Of a stretch of 64,000 nt of DNA, positions 37,600 through 51,239 are shown piece by piece. The DNA comes from Dicyema japonicum (Eukaryota > Animalia > Dicyemida). Under the pieces are notes generated by a model. It did no database searches and had not been told where the DNA came from. It saw only the letters and a program-made list of their open reading frames with translations. Both the position numbers and the translations under genes were made by a program. Location of the stretch: contig RDEW01000036.1 of the NCBI GenBank assembly GCA_011109175.1, positions 65,583 through 129,582 of the forward strand, written 5' to 3'. The stretch's first letter is position 1; every line of letters begins with the position of its first letter.

Positions 37600-38800
37600 A
37601 ATAATAACCTATCTGCGATACCAAATTTTACCATCCAATTTGCTGAAGGAGAAACAAAATTTCATAAGAACTGCGTCATTATTCAGACTAAAAGACTCAA
37701 ATATTTTTTTTCAAAACAAGTGGAATTTTATTGCACGTGTTCGCTGTGGAAGAAGATGAACAGAAGAAGATATTTATTAAAAATGTTCACCACAAAAATG
37801 GACATCCTAGTCGTGATAGACTTCTTTCTAAAGAATCTATATGGATCTTGCAGAGATGGAGTTATGGTTGTTTTCAGGTCTTGTTCACAATGTCTGGCAA
37901 GACGGCTTATGAACACTTGACCAACTATAACACCTATCAGAGCATATCAGTGAGAGAAAAGGACTAGTTATATTTTAATTTCAGGTATATTTTTGATTTG
38001 GTTGATCTACGACACTATTCAAATTTCAATGAAAATTTTTGCTGGCTTTTGGTTGAATTCCTTTTCCAAATTTTGCTGGACAAGACCTCTAAAGATAAAT
38101 CGCCTACGGAGGTGTCAAGTGCAATAAAGAGCATGATTTTAATGTTTGGAAAACCAACCATCTTGCACACAGACAATGTCAAGGAATTTGTAAATGAGAA
38201 AAATGTTCGAGTTATGCTCAACATTTTGTATAAAACACGTCAGGGTACGTCCTAGGTGTCCCTGGGTGCAGAGACAAGTCGAGCGTCGAATCAGACATTG
38301 AAATTTATGATTTCTTCAACCTGCTTTTCAAAGAATTTGAATTTTAAATGGATAGACAATTGAAGAAATTACAAGTTCCTATAATTCTCTTCAGCATTTA
38401 ACAATTTAGCACGCTCCTTTTAAATTGATGTTCGGAGATTCTGGCAATGAAACCATAAATTAGCATTACTCAGAAGAGGAAATGAATGAAATATTCAACC
38501 AAATTGATTCATGGAATGAAGAAACACAAACTGAAGCAACTGAATATCTTGCGTGGTTTTGGTCATCAAATGAAACTTCGAGAACAAAAGCAATTTTAAA
38601 TTCGAACAATGCTGAAAGAAAAATGTTAGGAAAAAGGTGTGAAGAATGATATTTCCATTTTTAACGTCGGCGATCGAGTTGTCAGGAGGGTGTATCTTGA
38701 CAATAATAAAAAAACACGAAGAGGTGGTTTAAACGAACACATTGATACATTCATATATCATGTTAAAGAGTATCTGCCACAGGAATGATTGATCTAGAAG
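37600..38800 (+). mobile_element. rve-type integrase/transposase pseudogene (Ginger/KRABD2-like)
   Basis: H..NGH integrase zinc motif remnant, DL.DLRHY, FGKPTILHTDNVKEF and RPRCPWVQRQVER. Confidence 0.75.
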
Positions 38801-39337
38801 ATGGTAAGTGTGATTCAAGAAAATAGCAGAAACTTTGCGAAGCTAGAATAATTTTACAATATAAATTTCTTAATTTTTTTCTAATAAAAACAGTTATTAT
38901 TATTTTAGGGTAAATCTGATCATCAATAACGTTGAGATCATTTATGATATCATTAGTTACGAGCTTTGCATTAGAGTTAGGAAAACTTAGGGATATATAT
39001 TGGAGTTATACAACGAACAGAACGTGTGAAAACTAACAATTTGACGAGACACAGCTGAAACACACAATTTGAATTGAAATAGCAAAAATCACCAATGTAA
39101 CTAAGAGAAAAATTGGGAAGATAGTATGTTATTTAATGCGTCCCGAAAATCACCAGGAAAAGTCATTTAGTAACGTTTCTCTGTTTAATCGAAATTTTAA
39201 TTCAATGAAATTTAAATTATCAATGACAAATCTATCGTTAATTTTAAATCACATTTTGGCGTGTGTTTCAGTCACTCCTTAAACAGGTGTGTAAGAAAAA
39301 GTATTAAGTAGACATCATAACCAATTTTATTAATCAT

Positions 39338-39378
39338 CTATTATAAAGTTTGGGTTGCCAACCTAAACTTTATAATAG
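39338..39378. repeat. 41-bp near-perfect palindrome
   Basis: CTATTATAAAGTTTGGGTTG-C-CAACCTAAACTTTATAATAG: 20-bp arms with one G/T mismatch. Confidence 0.9.
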
Positions 39379-40249
39379 TTTATCATTTTTTATATTTATT
39401 TACATTTATTTATTTAATAACCCCGAAAAATGGAACACAAGAAAAGAGATAAACCATCTAATTAAGTGATCCCGGTAAGAGAAACTTGAACCTTATATGT
39501 AATTAAATAAATATTTAAAATCACTAAATAATTGAACATGACTGATCCGATTTTAGATAACTAAGATTTTTCCTTGAGGATTATTTTGCATTATTTTTGG
39601 TAATTCGTGAGACTCTGTGGATCTCCACTGGAAGCGTAAAAAACGATACGCAGATAATGTCGTCGGTGACAATTTCATTAACTATTTAAAATCTTGCTTT
39701 TTTATATAATGAATTCAATTTCCTTTATTATAAGAAAAGTCAAATAATTAAAGGAAATCAATTGTAATTAATAAACACTATGCAAGCAGAATTCTTCTCT
39801 TCTTTGGGCATTGGCCCTTTGTATCATTCTCACTGTTTCTCTCGTATACTATTTGAGAAAGCAAATCACTAGACAAGAGAGCTGTTTCTCCTGGTTCCTC
39901 TTTGACGTCACCTCTGAGTTCAGAGCCTCTTGAGATAAGATGATTAGTCACTCTTGTAACCTCATCATCATAGTTATCAACTTTGAGCCCATGTCTATGC
40001 TCGAATATCATGCTCTCTAAAGTTTTTTTAATCGTCATTTTTTTCTTTCGAGACATCCACGTTGAGTCATTCTATATAAGACTTGTAGTACTTTGTTAGC
40101 ACTACATCCCATGTCAAAGCAATCGGAATTATTGTCACTTGGCTTTGTGAATTTGTGCTAGTTCTCCTGCCAGAGGTCATATTTGTGGAGTTTTTTCACT
40201 TCAACATATTTTAGCAAATCTTAAAAAGTGATCCCTTTTTCTATTAGTA

Positions 40250-41050
40250 TTATTTTGTTCTTTGATTTATCGTATCGAAAAAATTAGGTTTGTTATTTTT
40301 AACTTGTATATCCGTTTGTAATGTTGTATTTACTCGTATTTCAACTTTACTGTTTGAAATCATTAGCGTCGAATTAACGTGGTTCAATGTCAATAAGGTC
40401 GATGTAATAATTATATATCGAGATTGCGTATTCATTTATCGCTTTAAACAAGTTTACACAGTTTAATGTCGAATTACGCCAAAATCTCTATTTTTTCTTC
40501 ACATTTTCAGCAATTTTTTCCATAATTTTGTCATTCATAACATAACTCCCTTTATTTTTTACAACATTGCAGTTTCTCATAAGATTCTTGATAAACTTCA
40601 CAATCCATTTAAGAACTCAGCTATCAAGAACCTGACACAAAAATTCATGATTGATAGAATCAAAAGCTTTCCTCATATAGATCCATGTTGTGAATAAGCT
40701 ATTTACATGTTCAGCATTAAACATTGATTTAACTCTCTTATTTTGAACATAAAATGTTTCTTTACATCTTGCATACATGAAAATTTCTGTTTTTGTAAGT
40801 TGTTATCTGAGCCTTTTGTTCCGATTAAAGCATTTCGACTTTTCTGGTCCACGCGCGTCTTTTTATTAGGCTTTAAATTCAATAATTTTCGAACGCCGAG
40901 TACACTTTTATGAGTGGAGAAACGAGCATAGAATTGCAGGACGATAAGACTCCATCCACCCTGAGGGATTCTCCCAAATCTCTTTATCGCAGAGTTACAA
41001 CCATTAAGATCCATTTGATCCTGTCACCTGATCGAATCTCAGTGATTAAT
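40250..41050 (-). mobile_element. R4/Dong-like LINE fragment, internally deleted
   Basis: RNALIGTKGS, MRKAFDSINH and LNCVNLFKAINEYAIS, homologous to 24669-26780. Confidence 0.7.
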
Positions 41051-41449
41051 GCTTTGAGGGACAGCGGATGAGTAAGAAATTTACCAAAAAAGATCGTTGC
41101 TAGTTCCATTGGCATTGTGTAGTCCTGAAGACACACTTCTCACTTCTAATTGGTTTTATCTTCAATTTTCTCTGTAGACAGGATTTGTTTGCAAACTGAT
41201 GAAAACAAACATACATACCACCACTAGAATAATTTTTTACGACTAACGCAATAAATACGAATTTTTAATTTTTTTTAAAAAGATTAGTTAACTTGAAGAT
41301 TTCATTAGTGACGATTAATATAATCCTTAATTATAAAAATAACAACATTGTAATTTGTTTTAAAAATCGCAGCATAGAAGTGGATCTCTTTCATATTGGA
41401 TTGAGTACATATATTCTCAATTTTCTGAATAATGTTGTGGGGAATCAAC

Positions 41450-43670
41450 ATCTTCATAAATACATTTGCTATTATTAAAATAAATATTTACGAGATTTAG
41501 ATGTTAAATTAGCAAATTCCCAAACAGTCCAAAGCCAAATTCGCTCATCCAAGTTCAATTTTAATAAATTTATTGTAGGCATCAATGACCTTGGACATAA
41601 AAAATTGGAATACCTATTATGGATATTATCATAATTTGCTTCATAAGGATATTTTTTTATAAATTGAAAAATCTTATTTAAAATGAATTCTTTTGTACTC
41701 AAACTTACATATGTTGGACAAAAATCATTTGGATCTCCCAAAATCAGACACATACAATTCCAGAAAAAATATTGTTCATGAAATTTTAGTTCATCGTAAT
41801 TTAGATTCCTTTTAATGAAACAACAATTTTACAATAAATCTTCTATTACTCCATACATCGCAAGCAATCTTCTAGTTTTTGGAAATTTAGATATTGCTTC
41901 CACAGTCAAAATCACTGGAAATATGATATTACCTAAGTGCATAATGCGGTCTGATGGTATTTGTTTAAAAAGATTGTGAATATGATAAATTCCATCCAGA
42001 TCAAGAAACAAATCCAAATTTTTTTCATTTTCGTCTAACTAAATATATTCAGAATACCTAGAAGATATTTCAATGCATTTAATATGCAAAAGTCTCTGTA
42101 ATAACATTTTTTAAGGTATTCAACGCATTGCTAAAAAATAAAGACATTAATTTAAAACTTTGATAACTCCAGAGTACCCCATAAAAGCCAGAAATTCTAT
42201 GCTCATAGAATTCAGAATAGTACTACAATCTAGTAAATAATCATCTTCAAGGTAGCACAATAAAAATATTCCTTTATACGTTAATGACAGAGCAGGTAAC
42301 TAAATTGACTAAAACATCAAACGAATATTAATGCTTCCCATGGTTTTAAAAATCGTAGTAACTTTAAACAACTATAGAAATCCTAAAATTTTAAAAATTT
42401 AGTACATAATCGTGTATATTACACAAGTAAATTATAGTAATGTGAAGAAAAATATCATAAATTAAACTAAAAATAAGATCAAATCATACCAACGATTAAA
42501 ATACGAAATTTGATGCTTTTCGGTCATGTCATTTAGAATCGAGCTGGAGTCATACAATTAAGTTACATAATTTCATCTGCACGCCTATCATCTTCACGAT
42601 AAAATTTCTGAATAGAGAAGCTATAATAATATTTTCAAAATACTCTCAAAAATCGATTTAAAAAGATATTTCGAATTTTAATATTGCTAAACTTATAGAG
42701 GGTTTCATCCAATATTTTTGGAGGTCCTTCATAGACGGACTTTACTAAGTAATTTAATACCGATTCTCGATCATTCTATATTATATTCTCAAATTTACTG
42801 TTTCGTTTATATCCTCGCTAAAAATCATGACACTTTCACTTTGAAGTTTATTCAATCCATTTTTTGCTATTTGGCTACGTTTATTATAATCAATTACTCT
42901 GTAACTTTCTGTTCGTCGAAAAAATAAAATCCAGACAAATTTAGCAAAGTAAGATTCTTTGCTTTTTTGATAAAACAACTAATAATATTTGTATCCATAT
43001 ATTTTTTAAAATAATCTTTATAAATTATGAACGCAAAATAACTGAATTTTTATACAAAAAAATATACCGCAAAGACTCTGGGCAGTTTAAGTTAGCAGAA
43101 AATTCTTCAAAGTCGATAATTTGAACGTTACGAATTTCTATGTGTTCCAGCTTCTCCATTATTTTCAATGTGCTATTTTTAAAAATAGTTGGCTTATGTG
43201 TACGAACAACTTCAAGGAATGTTATTTTTGGTAAATCCAGTCATAAATAGAGCATATAGCAAATCTGGGTCATCATATTCTAAAATCGTAAATGATTTGA
43301 TGTTATTAGGTGAAAATGGTAATAAAGGAATCTCTTCTGATGAACAAAGATTCCTTATTTTAATATTCGATAAATTCGGATAAACCTGAATCATTTTGAG
43401 AATATCTTTAATGTCAACACTGTAAGCTTGGTATTTAGTCAAATCAACACTGAAAATATTCTTCTGTACTACATCTGAGATCTTGTATATACTTGAATCC
43501 GAATCATTTAAAACTCCTTTTGATCTTCTTTCTTTCGAATATCTGAGTTCTTTTAAATAATATTTTAGAAATCATTTTCTTAGATTTTTCGCATAATTCT
43601 TGATATTCCTTATTAATGTTTGTTCTAATATTGTTGATGCAATGCCAATATAATGAAGGTATTTCCATTT
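41450..43670 (-). pseudogene. Lineage-specific, LRR-like protein pseudogene
   Basis: Long minus-strand reading frame broken by several stops and frameshifts. L..L.I.N-like repeats (YPNLSNIKIRN, EKLEHIEIRNV). Confidence 0.35.
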
Positions 43671-43829
43671 TCTAACAAAATAAGAAATTTAATTGTGTTA
43701 ATTTTTAAATAAAAATATTTTATAATTTTTATAAAAAAATAAATAAATAATTTACTCTTTTGACTGAGAATATTTACGCCTTCAGAGCAGGGAATCATTT
43801 AAACACATATTCAACAAAGATTGGAAAGG

Positions 43830-44260
43830 AAGACAGTCCCCTTGAAGTTAAACAAGGCGGCATCCATTTCAACAGATGTCAAAGGATCTTGGGTGTGACA
43901 GTTGATATGCATCTCTGTTTGACACCATAAGTAGAAAACATTCTATTGAAATGCGAGAAGAAACAGAACGTATTGAAAAGTCTATCGGGAATATGGAAGA
44001 GTGGTACGCACCCAGTCTTTATGAAAGTGTACAAACAGTACATCGAGCCATGTTTCTCATATTCATGCGCCTCTTGGGGACTGTCCATGTCTTGGACAAA
44101 TATACGGAAAATTACAGAGCTAAGGAGCGTTGGATTTGTGAAGACATTGAACCGGACCTAAGCCTCTGGAGCCCCTTATTAGACTAGACTCTAGACACTG
44201 GAAGGAAAATTCAGTCAGCCTTCCTGTACGTTCATGGAAGGCACTAAAGAAGAACACCGG
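43830..44260 (+). mobile_element. Ingi/Jockey-like LINE 3' fragment
   Basis: RILGVTVD..LKSLSGIWKSG..YKQYIEPCFSY; inverted near-copy of 60165-60740. Confidence 0.8.
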
Positions 44261-44289
44261 GCAAAAATGACATCATCAGCATAATAAGG

Positions 44290-45420
44290 CAATTACTTTA
44301 TCATTCAAAATACAAACTGTTTGATATTTCCCCTTGTAGAGATAATGTAAATTTATTTAGTTTTTCATAAATTGAAACCAAATATTGCAAGTCTCTGTAA
44401 CCAAAGAATATTTTCCAAATTTTTGTAAATTGGAAAATTTTGTTTCTTGAGAAACGCAACAATCTCGTTTCGTAATTCAAACAAACGTTGCAGTATTCTT
44501 CCAAATGACAACCTTCTTACTTCTGTATTGGAAAGTAATGATGTATGATTGGATCCCATTTCATCACACATATTTTAAATAGTCGAGATTGGAGAGGTCT
44601 TTTTTACGATAATTAAGAATTTCGATAGCATCGTCCAAACTTCACTCGATGAAAAGGAAATATTCTTTCTACACCAGAGCATGACGGTGAAGAATGCAAT
44701 GACTACTAGTACAATTAGGAGCCATTTTTGTATTAATTCCAGAATTTTTTTAATCAGACATTTAGCTCCATCACTACAAACATCCACACATTTATTTTAA
44801 TTTATGTTTTTTGGAATAAAAGCGATTCGCGCATTAAAATGTCTTCTTCAATAATATCGTCAAATGGGTATCGAACGAATACCAATAAAACTGCCAATCT
44901 TTCAACATCACTCATCACAATTTGAATGGAAAAATCATTAGAATCATATTCAAACGAAATAATAACTGCGTTTCAATCATTTTTCGAAAGTTTCTGAATC
45001 CGCCTGAAAAATTATTATTTGACAAAATAACAAAGTCCAATTTCTTAGACATTTGTTCGCCATAAATACACTCGATGATTTTTTTGAACATGACTTTACT
45101 AAGATTTCGGCAATTGTATGTGCCTCTCCACATCGTCCTACAAGATAACTCACTTGTTTGATTAAAATAATTAATATACTTCATAAGATGCTCTGGTCGA
45201 TTTTAAGTTGGCGTCTTTCGCAGAATTGGACATTTCCAACTTACACCTTGTAGATGCATTTATTTTGTTTTGTAAATAGAAATATCTTTATCCTTTAAAT
45301 GAGGATGCCTTCGTCAATAATAGTTTGGCAGGAACAAAGTTGTGCTTAGGCATTATATGATGGCATATTACACATTCTGGCTGACGCGGTAAATCAGAAT
45401 CCATTCTGAGAAAAGCTTTC
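44290..45420 (-). mobile_element. hAT (Buster/ZBED5/GTF2IRD2-like) transposase pseudogene
   Basis: PECVICH, CSDGA, TEVRRLSFGRILQRLFELRNE and LNKFTLSLQG. Confidence 0.85.
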
Positions 45421-45619
45421 ATCATATTTTCTTTTTTAAAATTATAATTATAAAAAAAACCTTTTTTGAATATTTTTTAAAATCTCTTACAATTATTGTT
45501 TCTCATTAAAATTCTTAAAAAATGACTAACTAACCCAAAAGAGCGTGAATATTTAATATATTTTAATAATTAAAAAAATATTATTAAATAAATATAAATA
45601 AATTTCGCGGAATCCTAAC

Positions 45620-45755
45620 GCACTGCTCTAGAAGATCAGCTATAAATTTTGCCTTGGGAGGACCAGACAGCTCTTACTGCGTGGATATTTCTCTCTTCAG
45701 GATGGTGAACGAGATTCGTTCAAATAACCAGCAGCGCTCACTGGGATCTCCTGTT
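45620..45755 (-). mobile_element. CRE-clade LINE extreme 3' fragment
   Basis: DPSERCWLFERISFTILK..IHAVRA. Confidence 0.6.
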
Positions 45756-47111
45756 TATGCTAAATTAAAAATAAAATTCTGATAATCGAAGACTTTATTT
45801 ACCTTTTCAAGTTCAAAGATGTAATCAGCGGCTCATGTGGCGTAATATTCTCGGGATCTGATCTTTCTTGGGAACTCAGAATTAACAGGTGTTATTGGTT
45901 CTGAGTATTACCACAAGGTTTGTGTGGTGAACTAATTGGGCAGATTCCGTCGAGACGATTGTATTGTGAAATTGTTGCCTTTCATAAGGCGGCTGAATGT
46001 GGAGATTGGGTCTGTCTTAAAAATCTTAATTCTGTAACTCATTGGCTGCCCTCTTTAATATGACTAGGACCTTGAGTATTTTAAAGTATTTAAAGTGTAA
46101 GAATGTCCTTTACAATGAAACCTTCGAAATACCGGTTTAATCAACCGTCCGTTTTAAGGCTGTTCATTCTACGCTTTGCTATCAACGACCACGCCCTAGA
46201 ATACCCAAGGTTTCAGCTCCGACGTGTTTGAAAACAAAATTTCCTCCTGGAAGTATGGCATTTCAATTTCTAACCTCTCCACCAGTGTTTATCAACCTTC
46301 GTTCATATGAAAAAGATTTTCGCCCCGGTCAATAATTTAACACGACCAATCATAACTATAGTAATGTTACAAAGGCTTGGAAGGATTTTTAAATGCATAA
46401 TGTTTAAGACAAGTGGATATTGCCCATAATAAATTCATAGACCAGGAGTCGAAAATATTTTTTGAGAAGAGCCACTTTTTGACATTTTTGAAAATTACGG
46501 AAAATTCAAGAGCCACTTTTTATTTTCTTACCACTTTTCCTAATCAAAAGTCCAATAATTATTAAGGAAATCATTTCAAAAAAATAAAATTAATCAAAGT
46601 CTCATTAATGAGAGATTTCCTCATTTCATTCGACAGTTGTCTGATGTCTGTGTCGTAACAAGTCAATTTACTTTTAGGTTTTATCTAGATTTCAGTTTGT
46701 AATTTTGTTCCTTAACTTAGATTTGATATAATCTATATGTGAAAAAATTGTTACCACATATAAGTGGACCAAATTTTGTTAAAAATTCCATCGGCAAAAA
46801 ATTTTTTTCACAAAATCATCTAAGAAACATGTAGAATTTCCTGGCCATCCAAGATCTCGCGGAAAAAAACTGTACAATAAGTGTGACTGTACAACATTAA
46901 GTCTTGAGATAATTTGATCTCGTTGGAGACTTTTTGGATACGTCTTGAGTTTGGACCCAATATATTGTTGTCTTATTTTTTAACAGGAAGCATCAAAAAA
47001 TTGCATGATATAATATGGCCCGTACGTGCCATCGGCCCACCATGGCGAATGATTTTAATCATTTAAAAAATAATTATATATTTTTGTCTGCTATTGGATA
47101 AGGATTACAAA

Positions 47112-47490
47112 TATATATTTTTATTTTAAAGCTGGGACGCAACTTGCATAGACACGTTCTCAAGCACGAACAATTTTCAAATCTGTTCAGACACCTGGAG
47201 CAGCTGCTTCGACCGCGGAAAACCTAAAAATCAAGAAATATTCTTGCCTCGGGATCGCTACAGATTTACTCCTGTTCGACCGAATCATCGGAGCCGTTGG
47301 TCCAATGACGGCTGAATTCTTGCAAGAACTCGGAGGATTGCTTGCCAGAAAGAAAGGGATCAACGAGAAGGGTTATGGCTAAGACAAAAGATAGGAATAG
47401 CCATACTCCGAGGGAACTCGTTCGCAATCCACGCAAGCAGCTTCCTCAACTGACATTTGTTTAATTGTTAAAAAAAATTTTGTTAAAAAA
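47112..47490 (+). mobile_element. CRE-clade LINE 3' fragment, same family as 29270-32110, inverted
   Basis: Reverse complement closely matches 29270-29620, including the 3' UTR TGACATTTGTTTAATTGTTAAAAAAA. Confidence 0.88.
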
Positions 47491-47949
47491 AATTATTAAA
47501 AATTATTTTAGCACGCTTTTATTAAAACGGGACTGATGGTTTTTGTTGTTTGATTGTTTCTCCACTTCAATGTATTCAACTTCCATTAATTATTACTTCT
47601 CTAAGTATACTTCCTGTTGTGTTGTGATTAGACCACCGCAACATCGATGAAGGGAGAACCACCCTTTGCGACAATAATGAGATCATATGCGTAGAAAACC
47701 TTGTAAAAAAGCGGTGGTAATGGACAGGTATTCTGAGTAGTAAATTCTATCTCTATAATGTGCTTCTGTGGGTTCGAGGGAGATGAGGTCACTGCTGTAG
47801 CGTTTCGGGATCAGTCAGTAGTTCAACTTAATTCTTTAGTCCAAGACCATCGTTGAAACGAAAAGACAAACTAAATGATCCCGACAAATTAATCCTGACT
47901 CTAAGCTGTCTCGATGCTCCTTCCTCGATCCTACACAAGCTCAGTGAGG

Positions 47950-48520
47950 CCGGGGTTTCTCCTGGTCACTTAGATCAGGTCTTCTCAGTTACTCCTTCTG
48001 ATTAAAATCTCCAAGGGTGTCGGTCTCATGCTCTTTTCGTTTGTAGACAGCTTCTCTGTCACTACAAAAGCCCTTTTTGAGTAGCCGCATTTTATGTGCA
48101 TTATTCCAAGAGATTTAAGGTCCCCATTAGGCATATGCATAGGAAATGCTCAATATATTCACAGTAAAGTTTTTATAGTATTGGATAGTCCCCGATTTTC
48201 CATATCCCCGTTAGGCTTTTCAGGTTGATTTATTTCTCTCATTTGTTCACAGATTTCCAACTTTCCGCAAGAAACACATATCACTCCCAGGATTTTTTGG
48301 CACTTCTTAAATGGCAATGTTTTACCATCCACTTAGAATTCAATTGACTTGTTTGATATTTACTTGTCCGAGATGAATGGGCTGTAACGGATTTCTCTGG
48401 GCAGATTGTCAGTCGGTTTTCGCTCAGCCACACAAACAAACATGGTCATGCAATGTTGCAGTCTCTCCGCGGTTGCCTAAACGTTGTCTGCATAAGTCAA
48501 GAGTACATCGTTTTCTCTAA
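47950..48520 (-). mobile_element. Highly degenerate LINE RT fragment
   Basis: LLTYADN and KLYCEYI remnants with many stops. Confidence 0.45.
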
Positions 48521-49229
48521 TCGGTATCGGGTTGTCGCTATTATTAGTTCCTCGTCGCGATTTCTTCTGTTAATTGTTCAACTTCGTTTTTTCTATTACC
48601 CTCCACACGCATAAAAATATAGAAAGGTATTTTTTGTTGAAATCAAATCAAACCCATGAATATTAATCATTCATATCTGAGTATCTCCTTAGGACTATTA
48701 AATTAGCAATATAGCGATCCCTTGGTTTTCTAGCTTATATCGGTGTTATTGGCGGTATCGTGTTAAGTAATTTCTTTGCCTGTGAAATAAAAGGGAAAAA
48801 TACCTGACAAAATGCACAATTGGAGATAACAGACCCAATCCAATTCCTACCAATCCCGTAATACCCCTGCCTCATTTTTGAAAATACCTGGTCTCTACCG
48901 AAATGATTATAGTTATGTTCTGACTAATAAATTGTGACTTTCAGGTATACCTCTATTGTTTTTAGCACTAATTCCTGTTCTTTACAAAGAAACCGTAGTT
49001 TTTTGTTACAGTTTAAAATATAAACCTTTTCCTTTTCGAAAATAAATTTTTTGAGAGTTTCTTTAGATAAAATCTGTCAAGTGGACCTAGGTCTTCTCCT
49101 AGGTCAAGATTATTGCTGATTTCATTTACTTTCTTCAATTTTTCTTGAGTTAGTCTCACTAGACGCATTTGTTCACGTTATTGTTATTATTAAAAACCAA
49201 AAATCACCGACAAATTAAATAACTACATA

Positions 49230-49935
49230 GCCGTCAGGTGATTCCGGCCGCTTCGAGTAGCCATCTCATTCTTGCTCGGTGTTCTTCCCGGGTTCCAACG
49301 CATATCCGGGTTGGGCGGGGTTTCTAACTTTTTAGAAGGTAGTAAGGCTCCGGTTTTCCTCACTAATTCCTCAAAAGGTGTAGGGTTTAGAGGTGTTCAA
49401 GAAAATTTTTGAAAAACCTTACTGGCCATTTTTTGGAAGGTATTGATTTTTTCTATATTCCTGTTTGATAGGTTGGTTCCCCATGCAGCTTAGTTAGAGA
49501 CGGTTGAATAAACTGCACGTAGAGCGAGTCCAAATGTGAGTTGAAACGCTCTCATTATATTGTCCAAGGACTGTTTTAACAAAAGTTAGCTTTCGTTGTG
49601 CTAAAGAGATGATGTTGTCGATGTGTTTGCTGAAAGTCAAGAATGGGTCGTAAGTTACGCCCAATATCTTGACCGAGTTGGTCGTGGGATTGAGTTTTCC
49701 ATTTATGGCTACACATGCAGCGGAGTTTGTCAATCTTCTGTTTGTTATGAACATTGTTGTATAAAACTTTTCGGGACTTGTATGTAGAATGTTCTTAACG
49801 AGCCAACAGATCAGATCGTCCAATAAAGCTTGCATCCGTTGAACAGTAGCATTAACGCACTGGTCTTTTAATGCGACGATTATATCATCCGCATATGTCA
49901 GAACCAGAGTGTCGTCACTGGTAAGGGAGAACGTT
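49230..49935 (-). mobile_element. Ingi/Jockey-like LINE RT 3' fragment
   Basis: LTYADDIIV, SPEKF and KILGVTYDPFLTFSKHI. Confidence 0.85.
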
Positions 49936-50104
49936 ATATTAATTATTTATTTTGTTGAATAATTATTAAAATTTATAGATATATTTTAATATCCAATGAA
50001 AATTTTTTTTAAATTTCATATTTGTAATTTAATTTTCGAATATCTTTATTTTATTTATTAAAATAAATTAAAATGAAAATTAATGATATATTAAAACCAT
50101 AGTA

Positions 50105-50445
50105 ATGTCCACAGAAGAGAATCCTCAGTCAACAAAATCGCCTAAATTTGAAGAAAGTAAGGATTTAATCCACGAAACCGTCAAAGTAGGAATATTTAAA
50201 CACAACAGCAAATCTCATTTGCTGAACGTAACAAGCTGTCTAAACTAACAAAAGCGGATCTACAATCTATGCAAACTAGGGACTACATTAATTGTACGGT
50301 CGTCCCCATTTTGATTCACGGAATAACCGCGATAGCACGTGACAGGTCAGACTCATTACTATTTGCTAGACCGGAAAACCCTATTGAATATTTGTGTGCT
50401 TATATGATGAAAAACAAAGAAAAATTTTACTCGAAATTGGATTAA
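50105..50445 (+). CDS. DPY30: Dpy-30 homologue (COMPASS/Set1 complex subunit)
   Basis: ADLQSMQTRDYINCTVVPILIHGITAIARDR/PENPIEYLCAYMMKNK versus recalled human [43 protein letters not shown]. Introns of 23 and 24 nt. Confidence 0.92.
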
Positions 50446-51239
50446 TTATTAACGTTTCCTTCACTAAATTAAATTTATTCCTTTTTAAGTGACTTTTGTT
50501 TATATGGTGGCTTGGGGTTGTCACTTTGACAATATCTATCTTCTTGGGGATATACCTATTAGTCATTTTAACGTGGGGGAACTAGCTGAAGGGAGGAGGT
50601 ATCAGAAACTTTCATGTTTAAATCCCAAGTGATTCCTCCGATTTCACCATTTTCAGAACAGCTTCTTCTGAAGGCCGTCAGAGTGGAACTTCCTCGTTTA
50701 CAATGTGGACATCATTCGTCTCTCGTTGGGAGAGTGATTGGGACCACCAGGACTCGACGTGAAAGAGTAGGATCTCTGGGAGTGTCCTGGTAAGCTAACT
50801 AACTATTTTTAACAAGGTTTGAATTTCCTGGTTGTTTCTTCTAACTCTCTCGAAGCCATCCACTAATTCTTAAGCATTTGAGATAACTCCATTTCAGTTG
50901 AATAGCCCTTACTTGAAGTCGCACAGAAATGAAAGTTCTCCTAACAGAAAACAATACACACTTTAACACTTTTTTATGTCCTCAGAAAAAGTTTTTATTT
51001 TTCTTCTATTATATAACGATCACGTGGTGGAAGAAATAAATCCACATAAATATTGGGTTCCTCTACATATTGAACGATGCGGAATGTGATGCTTCGAAAT
51101 TATATTTATTCATTAAATTTCGTCTTTTTGAGAGACACGATGTTGACACTTCCTCCGTTCTTTATTCCATATTTAGAAGTTAGAAATCTTCTGATTAAGT
51201 TCACACCCCCAATTATTATTTCTCTTTCTGAAAATATAC

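Noticed and set aside
47642-47652. CATCGATGAAG, resembling 5.8S rRNA
   Set aside because: The match stops after 11 nt, and the following AACGCAGC and other rRNA context are absent.
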